This document shows, piece after piece, positions 18,575 to 27,711 of a stretch of DNA of 46,267 nt. A model generated the notes under the pieces. It saw only the letters and a program-made list of their open reading frames with translations, was not told the DNA's origin and searched no databases. Source of the stretch: Candidatus Microgenomates bacterium (GTDB lineage Bacteria > Patescibacteriota > Microgenomatia > UBA8517); assembly GCA_016784385.1 (NCBI GenBank), contig JADHUT010000005.1:1-46267 (forward strand). The letters are read 5' to 3'. The position numbers and the translations under genes were made by a program. Every line of letters starts with the position of its first letter. Position 1 is the first letter of the stretch.

Positions 18575-20857
18575 ATGAATAACCTGCCACTCATTGTTGA
18601 TTTTAAAAATATTGATAAAGGTGATCTTTCTTTGGTTGGAGGCAAGGGGGCTAATTTGGGAGAGATGACAAAAGCCAAGTTTCCAGTTCCTGGAGGTTTT
18701 GCTGTAACTGTTCCTTCATATGAGCTGTTTTTAAAAGAAAACGAAATCGCACAAAAGATATACGATATCCTTAAGCCAGTTGATGTTGACGATCCAGCAC
18801 AACTTGAATCAGCTTCAAGAAGGATCCAGAAAATAATTATTTCTTCTAAATTTCCAGTAAGCGTACACAAAGAATTAGTTAATGCTTACAAAAAAATGTC
18901 TGGAAGGTTCAAGCCGGCTTTAGTTGCTGTAAGGTCATCCGCAACTGCTGAAGATTTGCCTGGCATGAGTTTTGCTGGTCAGCAAGCTACTTTTCTTAAC
19001 ATTAAAGGGGAAAACAACCTTCAAGTTGCAGTGAGGGAGTGTTGGGCTAGTCTTTTTACTCCAAGAGCAATTTATTATCGTACTCAAAATAAAATACCCC
19101 ATGAAGGAGTTGGCATATCTGTAATCGTCCAAAAAATGGTGCAAAGTAGCGTATCTGGGACTATGTTTTCCATAGACCCAGTTACCAATTTCAAAGATAG
19201 AATAGTAATTGAAGCTGTCTGGGGGCTTGGAGAAATGATCGTACAGGGTTCAGTGGTACCTGATAGATATGTAGTTCAAAAGGAGACTTTTTCAATTCTT
19301 TCAAAAGAAGTTAACACTCAAAAAATACAACTAATCAAAAGCAATGAAAAAACACTTGAAACAGATGTTCCCAAAAAACTTCGTGACAAAATAAAGCTCA
19401 CTGAAGAAGAGGTGGTTAAGTTGGCAAAACTAGCAGACGGTCTTCAAAAACACTATTACTTTCCACAAGACATTGAGTGGGCAAAGGAAGGTAAAGACCT
19501 TTATATTGTCCAAACCAGACCAGTAACAACCATTAAGGAAACTAAATCATCTAAGACCAAGTCGAAAGGTGAATCCACAGACCATTCAACACCAATTCTT
19601 ACAGGAATACCCGCTTCCCCCGGTATTGGTTCTGGTCATGTAAAAATACTTAAAAGCCCTTCTGAGATAGGAAGAGTTTCTAAAGGTGACATATTGGTGG
19701 CACCCATGACATCTCCAGATTACGTTCCAGCAATGAAAAAGGCTGCAGCCATTGTTACTGACCAAGGAGGTATGACAAGTCACGCTGCAATCGTTTCCAG
19801 AGAAATGGGAACACCTGCAGTAGTGGGTACTAAAATAGCTACAACTACACTGATTGAGGGTGATATTGTGACAGTAAACGGTGAATCAGGCCACATTTTT
19901 ATGGGTGGAAATATAGCTGCAGCTGAAGTATCCAAGAAAAAGGCTGATAAAAAGAAGAAATACAAAAAAAATCTAAAAACTGCTACAAAAATATATGTAA
20001 ATCTGGGAGAGCCTGAGCTCTCTGCAAAGGTATCAAAACAAAATGTTGATGGAGTAGGACTTCTCCGTGCAGAATTCATGATTGCCAATATTGGAATTCA
20101 TCCAAAACAAGCCATAAAATTGCACAAACAAGATGACTTTGTAAATAAATTAGTTAAAGATTTGACTACCTTTTGTAAAAATTTTGGGGAAAGACCTGTC
20201 ATTTATCGAGCTACTGACTTTAAAACCAATGAATATAGATCTTTGGAAGGAGGTAAAACTTGGGAACCAGATGAACCCAACCCAATGCTTGGTTACAGGG
20301 GTGCATTTCGATATGTCGCAGATCCTGAAGTATTTAATTTAGAACTTCGGGCAATCCGCAAGGTTAGGGCTATTCACAAAAACCTACACCTAATGATTCC
20401 ATTTGTTCGCTCTCCTGAAGAGCTTCGACGAGTAAGAAGATTTGTAGAAACTGAAGGTTTCTTTGACGATCCGACTTTCAAATTTTGGATGATGGTTGAG
20501 CTTCCAGTAAACGTAATTTTGTTGGACAAATTCATAGAGGTTGGAATTGATGGAGTTTCAGTTGGTAGTAATGATTTAACAATGCTTCTTCAAGGAACTG
20601 ACAGAGACAATTCAACTGTGGCAAGCGCATTTAATGAAAGATCGCCCGAGGTAATTTGGGCCTTAAAGAGGGTTATCAGAAAGTGTCACAAGGCAGGAAT
20701 CACTGCTTCTATTTGTGGACAAGCAGTTTCTTCATACGATGAATTAGTAGAAATTTTAGTTAAAGCTGGAATTACAAGTCTCTCAGTTAATCCAGATGCA
20801 ATAGATAGGGTTAGAAATGTTGTATATGAAGTTGAGAAGAACATTGGAGTAAAATAA
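18575..20857 (+). CDS. ppsA: Phosphoenolpyruvate synthase
   Basis: GGKGANLGE, VRSSATAED, GGMTSHAAIVSRE, GVGLLRAE, GSNDLT and ICGQ motifs. Confidence 0.95.
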   Translation: MNNLPLIVDFKNIDKGDLSLVGGKGANLGEMTKAKFPVPGGFAVTVPSYELFLKENEIAQKIYDILKPVDVDDPAQLESASRRIQKIIISSKFPVSVHKELVNAYKKMSGRFKPALVAVRSSATAEDLPGMSFAGQQATFLNIKGENNLQVAVRECWASLFTPRAIYYRTQNKIPHEGVGISVIVQKMVQSSVSGTMFSIDPVTNFKDRIVIEAVWGLGEMIVQGSVVPDRYVVQKETFSILSKEVNTQKIQLIKSNEKTLETDVPKKLRDKIKLTEEEVVKLAKLADGLQKHYYFPQDIEWAKEGKDLYIVQTRPVTTIKETKSSKTKSKGESTDHSTPILTGIPASPGIGSGHVKILKSPSEIGRVSKGDILVAPMTSPDYVPAMKKAAAIVTDQGGMTSHAAIVSREMGTPAVVGTKIATTTLIEGDIVTVNGESGHIFMGGNIAAAEVSKKKADKKKKYKKNLKTATKIYVNLGEPELSAKVSKQNVDGVGLLRAEFMIANIGIHPKQAIKLHKQDDFVNKLVKDLTTFCKNFGERPVIYRATDFKTNEYRSLEGGKTWEPDEPNPMLGYRGAFRYVADPEVFNLELRAIRKVRAIHKNLHLMIPFVRSPEELRRVRRFVETEGFFDDPTFKFWMMVELPVNVILLDKFIEVGIDGVSVGSNDLTMLLQGTDRDNSTVASAFNERSPEVIWALKRVIRKCHKAGITASICGQAVSSYDELVEILVKAGITSLSVNPDAIDRVRNVVYEVEKNIGVK

Positions 20858-20917
20858 ACAAAAGCAAATATCTATAAGTAAAACAAGCAAAGTTTGTAGT
20901 ATGTTGCTATAAAAAAT

Positions 20918-22192
20918 ATGAGTACTATAAAAAGAATCTGGGCTAGAGAAATTTTGGATTCTCGTGGAATTCCTACTATCGAGAATTACTGCCAAACAGA
21001 CGATGGAAAAATATCAGTGTCTTCCGTGCCTGCTGGCACGTCAACAGGCACACATGAAGCTGTTGAACTTAGGGATATGGATGAAAAAAGATATCTCGGA
21101 CAAGGTGTTTTAAAGGCGGTTGAAAATATAAATAACGTATTGGGTCCAGCTGTAGTTGGAATGGATCCAATGAAACAAGCTGAAATTGATCAAAAATTAA
21201 TTTCAACAGACGGAACTGAAAATAAATCCAAGTACGGTGCTAACGCAATATTGGCAATTTCAGAAGTAGTTTGTAAAATGGGTAGTCAAGTTTCACAAAA
21301 ACCATTATATAGTTGGATTGATGACCTGGGAGTAACAGTAGGACTAAAACAAGGAGTGAGACTTCCCACACCCCTTCTTAATATGATTAACGGTGGAAAA
21401 CATGGTGCAGGGAACTTAGATTTTCAGGAATTTTGGGTAATACCGGCAATTCACAAAACATTCAAAGAAGGTTTGCAAATTGGAGCGGAGGTATACCAAA
21501 CTATCGGAAAGAATCTCGCCCAACGCGGAGCCATCCACTCTGTGGGGCATGAAGGTGGATATGCTCCAAATTTATTTACTAACGCTGAGGCTTTTGAAGT
21601 GTTTGTTGAGTCAATAAAACAAACTGGGCACGCTCTTGGTAGAGATTTGTTTTTAGGACTAGACGTTGCTGCGGATTCATTTTATAAAGACGGTGAGTAC
21701 CATATTCGTGATAGAACTTCTTCAATGAGTGACGACCAGCTTTTGGAGTTTTACAAACAGCTTAACAACCAATACAAACTTCAAATCATAGAGGATGCCT
21801 TTTTTGAAGATGCCTGGGGAAGTTGGCAAAAACTAACTGCTGAGATGAGCTCTACAACAATTATTGCAGGGGATGATTTATTAGCAACTAACCCAAAGAG
21901 GCTTAAAAAAGCAATTTCGGAAAAAGCTTGTAATGCTGCAATTATTAAACCCAATCAAATTGGATCCATTACAGAAACCTTGCAAGTTATTAAAATAGCA
22001 AGAGATGCTGGTTGGAAAATAATAGTTTCTCACAGATCAGGTGAAACAAACGACAGCTTCATTGCAGATTTTGCAGTTGGTGTTGCGGCAGAATATGCAA
22101 AGTTTGGAGCACCTGCAAGAGGAGAGAGGGTTGCAAAATATAACAGACTATCTACTATTGAGCTTGAAGTAGAATACCTCAAAAATAAATAA
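20918..22192 (+). CDS. eno: Enolase
   Basis: REILDSRG.PT, GANAIL, IKPNQIG, VSHRSGET and ARGERVAKYN motifs. Confidence 0.97.
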   Translation: MSTIKRIWAREILDSRGIPTIENYCQTDDGKISVSSVPAGTSTGTHEAVELRDMDEKRYLGQGVLKAVENINNVLGPAVVGMDPMKQAEIDQKLISTDGTENKSKYGANAILAISEVVCKMGSQVSQKPLYSWIDDLGVTVGLKQGVRLPTPLLNMINGGKHGAGNLDFQEFWVIPAIHKTFKEGLQIGAEVYQTIGKNLAQRGAIHSVGHEGGYAPNLFTNAEAFEVFVESIKQTGHALGRDLFLGLDVAADSFYKDGEYHIRDRTSSMSDDQLLEFYKQLNNQYKLQIIEDAFFEDAWGSWQKLTAEMSSTTIIAGDDLLATNPKRLKKAISEKACNAAIIKPNQIGSITETLQVIKIARDAGWKIIVSHRSGETNDSFIADFAVGVAAEYAKFGAPARGERVAKYNRLSTIELEVEYLKNK

Positions 22193-22195
22193 AGC

Positions 22196-23851
22196 ATGAC
22201 AAAACCCAAATTTGTAATTTTAGCAATACTGGACGGATGGGGACTAACTGCCCCAAGTACTGGTAATGCAATTTCTCAAGCTTCCACCATTAATATGGAT
22301 AAACTTTGGGCTAGCTACCCTCACACGCAGCTAGATGCATCTGGTGAGGCGGTAGGACTAATCAGAGGCCAAGCTGGCAACACTGAAACGGGACACATTA
22401 ACCTGGGTGCTGGAAGAGTGATATATCAAGACTTAGCAAGAATTGGAATGAGTATTGCAGAAGGTACATTTTACAAAAATGAGGCACTTCTTGGAGCCAT
22501 CGAACATGCAAAGAAAAATAATTCTAATCTCCATTTAATGGGGTTGGTTGGTGCTGGTGGCGTGCATAGCAACATTGAGCATTTATTTGCTTTAATTCAT
22601 CTCTGTGCGAAACATAACTTTGATAGGGTATTTTTACACCTTTTCACTGATGGCAGAGATTCACCACCAACTGCTGCAAAAACATACGTACAAAGAATAA
22701 ATGAAATAATACAAAAAGAAAAAGTAGGCACTATTGCCTCCATAATGGGCCGATATTGGGCACTGGATCGAGATTTCAGATGGGAAAGAACCGAAAAAGC
22801 GTATTTGGCACTAACCACTGCAAAGGCAGATTTAGTAAAGTCTTGTGATGAAGCAATTGATGCATCATATAACAGTGGAAAAACTGATGAGTTTATAGAA
22901 CCAGCTCTAATCTCCAATCAAGAGGGTAAACCAGTAGCAATTATAAAAGACAACGACTCAGTAATATTTTTCAATTTTAGAGTAGATAGACCAAGGCAGC
23001 TTACTTCTGCTTTTGTAGTAGAACAGTTTGATAATACACATCTCAAAAAAGAAGTAGATCCGTATTTGGAGAAATACGAAAAAACCCATCTTATTGAAAA
23101 AGTAAAAGTAAACAAACAAATTTTTACAAGAGGAGAAGCTTTAAAAAATTTATATTTTGCCACCATGACAGAATACAGCCCAGCATTGAAGGAAAATGGA
23201 ACTAAAGTTGCATACCCTCCAGAAATTGTTGAAATGCCACTTGGCAGGATAATAGCAGAGAATGGCTCCAAACAACTACATGCTTCTGAAAGTGAAAAAG
23301 AAAGATTTGTGACCTTTTACTTCAATGGCCTACATAATCAAAAATTTGAAGGTGAAGACAGGCTAATTGTCCCATCTCCCAAAGTTGCGACATACGACTT
23401 AATGCCTGAGATGAGTGCAAAAATGCTAACTGAATTAGTAATAAAAAGGCTACAAAGTAATTTAGAATATAAATTTGTAATTATTAATTATGCAAATGTG
23501 GACATGGTGGGCCACACCGGAAATATAGGTGCAGCACTAAAAGCTTGCCAGGTTGCAGATGAAGAAATCGGAAAATTAGCAAATTATGTACTTGCATACA
23601 ACGGAGCCTTGATCATAACTGCAGATCATGGAAACACAGAAGAAATGATTGACCAACACACTGGACAAATTGATACTGAACACAACGCAAACCCTGTCCC
23701 ATTTATTGCAGTGCACAAAGATTTCATGGGTAAATCTCAAACCTTGCAGTCTGGAATTCTGGCAGATGTTGCCCCTTCTATACTTAATTTATTAGGACTA
23801 ACTCCACCAACTCAAATGACAGGAAGGGATTTATTGAAGGGGATAATTTAA
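22196..23851 (+). CDS. gpmI: 2,3-bisphosphoglycerate-independent phosphoglycerate mutase
   Basis: ILDGWG, GNTETGH, FTDGRD, DMVGHTG and TADHGN motifs. Confidence 0.96.
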   Translation: MTKPKFVILAILDGWGLTAPSTGNAISQASTINMDKLWASYPHTQLDASGEAVGLIRGQAGNTETGHINLGAGRVIYQDLARIGMSIAEGTFYKNEALLGAIEHAKKNNSNLHLMGLVGAGGVHSNIEHLFALIHLCAKHNFDRVFLHLFTDGRDSPPTAAKTYVQRINEIIQKEKVGTIASIMGRYWALDRDFRWERTEKAYLALTTAKADLVKSCDEAIDASYNSGKTDEFIEPALISNQEGKPVAIIKDNDSVIFFNFRVDRPRQLTSAFVVEQFDNTHLKKEVDPYLEKYEKTHLIEKVKVNKQIFTRGEALKNLYFATMTEYSPALKENGTKVAYPPEIVEMPLGRIIAENGSKQLHASESEKERFVTFYFNGLHNQKFEGEDRLIVPSPKVATYDLMPEMSAKMLTELVIKRLQSNLEYKFVIINYANVDMVGHTGNIGAALKACQVADEEIGKLANYVLAYNGALIITADHGNTEEMIDQHTGQIDTEHNANPVPFIAVHKDFMGKSQTLQSGILADVAPSILNLLGLTPPTQMTGRDLLKGII

Positions 23852-24477
23852 TATTGTCCGTATTTGCGGATGAGGCCAACCACTCTTCCTTGAATCTTGA
23901 CGTTTTTTACAAAAAGAGGTTGCATTGCAGCGTTAGCTGGTTCTAATCTAATTCTTGTAGCTTCTTTGTAAAATCTCTTTAAGGTAGCCATTCCATTACT
24001 TAGAAGTGCTACTACTATTTCACCATTAGTTGCGTCTTCTGTTTGTTCACAAATAACAAAGTCTCCGTCATCAATATGGTCTTCAATCATTGATTGTCCT
24101 CTGACTTGAAGTACATATACCCTTTTCTTGCCTGTGGCGAAATTGGGAGGAATGGAGGTAGTTGCATTTGGATCAGTGTGTGGTTCAATTGGAGAACCTG
24201 CTGCAATAAACCCGAGAATTGGAACTGTAATACCATCATTCCCTAAATTTACATCAGACTTCAACTCATATTTTCGCAGTCTTCCTGAAGTTTTACTAAT
24301 TAGACCTTTTTTAATTAGTCCTTGCATATGTTCATGCACTGTTGCCAAAGATGAAACACCAATAGCATCAGCAATTTGTCTGAGTGTTGGAGCAAAGCCA
24401 GTAGCTTCTATGTGTTGTTCAAGAAAGCCCAACACTTGCGCTTGTCTTTTGTATATTACTGGAGCTACTGTTCCCAT
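23848..24477 (-). CDS. lexA: SOS repressor LexA
   Basis: wHTH (PTLRQIA...SSLATVHEH), Ala-Gly cleavage site IAAGSP, catalytic GQSM and ATLKR. ATG 24477. Confidence 0.96.
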   Translation of the reverse strand: MGTVAPVIYKRQAQVLGFLEQHIEATGFAPTLRQIADAIGVSSLATVHEHMQGLIKKGLISKTSGRLRKYELKSDVNLGNDGITVPILGFIAAGSPIEPHTDPNATTSIPPNFATGKKRVYVLQVRGQSMIEDHIDDGDFVICEQTEDATNGEIVVALLSNGMATLKRFYKEATRIRLEPANAAMQPLFVKNVKIQGRVVGLIRKYGQY

Positions 24478-24484
24478 ATAAAAT

Positions 24485-24513
24485 ATAATACGAATGATCA
24501 CCAAACATGTCAA
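24485..24513 (-). promoter_or_regulatory. lexA promoter (leaderless) with candidate LexA operator in the spacer
   Basis: Minus strand TTGACA (24513-24508)-17 bp-TATTAT (24490-24485), ending 7 nt before the ATG. Confidence 0.8.
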
Positions 24514-24551
24514 CTATATCTTAATAGAACAAAACACGAAGTTCTGTGGGG

Positions 24552-24778
24552 TTAATAAGTTCTTCCTATGGTGGGAGTTCTGTTCTTTACACAACTACCG
24601 CAAGGTAAATCTTGTTTTGTTGCTGGATGGCCAGTTTCTTCAATAAATGTTTCCTCTGACAGAGAACTTCCTGAAATCTCTTTTGCTGTCTCCAACAAGG
24701 ATTTGTCTGTAGGTACTACAGACCACAGATGTAGCGAGTAACCTTTTTTATCAGATAGGTGACTACCTCTTTTGACAT
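24552..24778 (-). pseudogene. Frameshifted small ORF (75 aa if shifted -1 at A_AAA_AAG); contains a CxxC
   Basis: MSKEVVTYLIKK in frame 0 stops after 20 aa; the -1 frame continues GYSLHLWSVVPTDKSLLETAKEISG...LPCGSCVKNRTPTIGRTY*. Confidence 0.45.
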
Positions 24779-24807
24779 ATATGGATGTTATAATACTCTA
24801 ACTTTTC

Positions 24808-26856
24808 ATGAAATTCAAATTACAAAGTAAATACAAATTAATTCCTGAGCAAAAACGGGCAGTAGACTCTTTGGTTCAAAACATAAAAAATGATGTTAAG
24901 TATCAAACCTTGCTGGGTGTAACTGGTTCTGGTAAAACCCTCACCACAGCTCATGTAATCGAAAAATTAAATAGACCCACACTTATTATTTCTCACAACA
25001 AAACTCTTGCCGCTCAGTTGTATCAAGAAATGAGAGTATTGTTTCCCAAAAATGCAGTGTCTTACTTTGTTTCGTATTATGACTACTACCAACCAGAAGC
25101 CTACATTCCTTCTACTGACACATACATAGAAAAGGACTCTGACATTAATGAACTTATAGACAAGCTTCGTTTGGCTGCAACCACTAACCTTCTAACCCGA
25201 AAAGATAGTATTGTTATTGCCTCAGTCTCTTGTATCTACAACATAGGTTCTCCAATAGAATACGGAAAATTTGTGTTTGAGTTTAGTGAGGGTATGAAGG
25301 TGGAACGAAAACAAATATTGGATAGATTAATTGATCTTCAATATGAACGAAGCGAGTTTGGTTTCCATAGGGGAACATTTAGGGTTAGGGGCAATGTAAT
25401 AGATATTTATCCAGCATATCAGGATGTTGCCTTTAGAATAGATGTTAATGACGGTCACATCATCTCAGTAATTAACATAAACCCGGTCACTGGCGAAAAG
25501 ACCCAAAACAACAGTGGTGAAAATTATGTTCTGTACCCTGCAAAACATTTTATGACAGATCCAAGGAGTCATAAGTTTGCATTTATTCAAATGAAAAAAG
25601 ATTTAGACATGCAAGTAGCCCAACTTAAAAAAAGAGGCAAAGTTTTGGAAGCCCATCGAATAGCTCAAAGAGTAAATTACGATATTGAAATGATTAATGA
25701 ACTGGGTTATGTCAAGGGCATTGAAAACTACTCCAGATATTTTGATGGAAGGAGTCCCGGCGATCCACCATATTCCTTACTTGATTTTTACAATATTCCA
25801 TACAAAAAGGATTGGTTGGTAATTGCAGATGAATCTCACATGACTTTCCCTCAAATCAGGGGGATGTATGCCGGAGACCAATCAAGAAAAAAAACCTTGA
25901 TTGATTATGGGTTCAGACTTCCCTCAGCCTTGGACAATAGACCTTTAACTTTTCCAGAGTTTATGAGAAAGATTCCTAATTTTATTGCACTTAGCGCAAC
26001 ACCAAATGAGTTTGAACTGTCGCTTAGCTCAACTGACAAGAAAAATAATGGCGTGGTAGAACAACTTACTCGTCCCACTGGAATTCCTGACCCTAAAGTT
26101 GTCATTAAGCCCACTAAAAACCAAGTTTCAGATTGTATTGCAGAAATTAAATACGAAGTAAAACACGGCAGAAGAGTATTGGTAACAACACTAACTAAAA
26201 AAACTGCTGAAGATCTAGCTAATTATATAGAAGAACAAGATAAAAAGACGGGAGGAACTGCCCTCAAAGTTGCATACTTACACTCTGACGTTAAAACGCT
26301 CGATAGAACTGATATATTAGACAATCTAAGGAGAGGGAAATATGATGTGTTGGTAGGTATTAATTTACTTCGAGAGGGCTTAGATTTGCCTGAGGTGGGT
26401 CTAGTTTCCATATTGGACGCCGACAAAGAAGGATTCCTGCGATCCCAAACCAGCCTGATCCAAACAATGGGAAGAGCTGCAAGACATGTGGAAGGAAGAG
26501 TAATCATGTATGCAGACAGAGTGACAAATAGTATGGAGAGAGCATTAAGTGAGGTTAAGAGAAGAAGAAAATATCAACTTGCTGTAAACAAAAAATATAA
26601 TATCACTCCAAAAACAATCTCAAAGCCAATTAGAGAGAAACTTGTTGAAATGGAAGGTGAAACAAAAACTGAAATTGCACTTGGATTTGGTGCAAAAACA
26701 TATGCACATTTACCAGACATTAAATCTGATTCATTAACCCCCATGGATAAAAAGAGACTAGTCAAAAACTTGAAAAAAGAAATGATTCTAGTAGCTCGCG
26801 ACCTTAACTTTGAACTAGCTGCTCAAATTAGAGACAAGATTAAGCAGCTAGAATAA
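24808..26856 (+). CDS. uvrB: Excinuclease ABC subunit B
   Basis: GVTGSGKT, FVSYYDYYQPEAY, DESH, GINLLREGLDLPEV, QTMGRAAR; C-terminal UVR domain. Confidence 0.98.
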   Translation: MKFKLQSKYKLIPEQKRAVDSLVQNIKNDVKYQTLLGVTGSGKTLTTAHVIEKLNRPTLIISHNKTLAAQLYQEMRVLFPKNAVSYFVSYYDYYQPEAYIPSTDTYIEKDSDINELIDKLRLAATTNLLTRKDSIVIASVSCIYNIGSPIEYGKFVFEFSEGMKVERKQILDRLIDLQYERSEFGFHRGTFRVRGNVIDIYPAYQDVAFRIDVNDGHIISVININPVTGEKTQNNSGENYVLYPAKHFMTDPRSHKFAFIQMKKDLDMQVAQLKKRGKVLEAHRIAQRVNYDIEMINELGYVKGIENYSRYFDGRSPGDPPYSLLDFYNIPYKKDWLVIADESHMTFPQIRGMYAGDQSRKKTLIDYGFRLPSALDNRPLTFPEFMRKIPNFIALSATPNEFELSLSSTDKKNNGVVEQLTRPTGIPDPKVVIKPTKNQVSDCIAEIKYEVKHGRRVLVTTLTKKTAEDLANYIEEQDKKTGGTALKVAYLHSDVKTLDRTDILDNLRRGKYDVLVGINLLREGLDLPEVGLVSILDADKEGFLRSQTSLIQTMGRAARHVEGRVIMYADRVTNSMERALSEVKRRRKYQLAVNKKYNITPKTISKPIREKLVEMEGETKTEIALGFGAKTYAHLPDIKSDSLTPMDKKRLVKNLKKEMILVARDLNFELAAQIRDKIKQLE

Positions 26857-27595
26857 AATGTGCTATCGCCAAAAATATTCTGTATACCCCAAACCCAGTG
26901 AAATCGTGGGAAGCAACAAATTTAATCAAAAATTTAATAGTAAACAGAGCAGTCACAAATGCACCTACTAGTCCAACCAAAAGCAAACAAACTTCAGTTT
27001 GTGTAAAAGAAAAACTAGTTTTCATCAAATCTAGTGTGGTTGCACCAAACATGGTGGGAATAGCCAAGAGAAATGAAAATTCAGTAGCACGCTTTCTGTC
27101 CATTCCCACAAACATACCACCAAAAATAGTAGCCATGGCCCGGCTTACTCCAGGAACCATTGCAAAGCTCTGAAATATTCCTATCAATAAATAATGTTTC
27201 GCTTCAAACTTTGCAATTTTTTTACCATTGAAATACTTTTCAAAAAAAATCATTACTATTCCACCCAGCAACAAACTCCAAACAACAACCAAAGAGTTGC
27301 CCAATAAACTTGCTTTTATATAGTCGTAAAAGACAAGACCAATTACTATACTTGGAGCAAAGGCAATTGCGATATTTTTCCAAAGAGGGAAATTTCCCCA
27401 AAGTTTTTTCCAGTACAGTACAACTACTGCCAAAATGGCACCTAGTTGGATTATTATCTCAAAACTTTTAAGAAACTCGCTGCCTGGAATACGAAGAAGT
27501 TCACCGGTTAATATTAAATGACCGGTTGAGCTAATGGGTAAAAACTCTGAAAAACCTTCAACTATTGAGAGTATTATTGATTGGAGTATATTCAT
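26840..27595 (-). CDS. uppP: Undecaprenyl-diphosphate phosphatase
   Basis: VEGFSEFLPISSTGH, IQLGAIL, PGVSR, EFSFLLAIP and FGVYR motifs. Confidence 0.95.
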   Translation of the reverse strand: MNILQSIILSIVEGFSEFLPISSTGHLILTGELLRIPGSEFLKSFEIIIQLGAILAVVVLYWKKLWGNFPLWKNIAIAFAPSIVIGLVFYDYIKASLLGNSLVVVWSLLLGGIVMIFFEKYFNGKKIAKFEAKHYLLIGIFQSFAMVPGVSRAMATIFGGMFVGMDRKRATEFSFLLAIPTMFGATTLDLMKTSFSFTQTEVCLLLVGLVGAFVTALFTIKFLIKFVASHDFTGFGVYRIFLAIAHFILAA

Positions 27596-27711
27596 AGATT
27601 ATTAATCCAAGTATATCATTTATTGTGATATACTCATCTTTCCACTGGGAATCCAGCGGGATTTTGCTATGGATAATTTTATTAAAGTTAAGTCCACAAT
27701 GTAAAAACAAT

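Noticed and set aside
24772-24794. TTGACA plus TATAAT as a consensus uvrB promoter
   Set aside because: The spacer is only 11 bp. TGtTATAAT may work alone as an extended -10, but the pair is not a valid promoter.
27625-27711. N-terminal extension of UvrA (likewise the track starts of lexA 24513, DRG 41440 and DUF3800 35159)
   Set aside because: Non-ATG upstream starts run through promoter regions; conserved sequence begins at the downstream ATGs.
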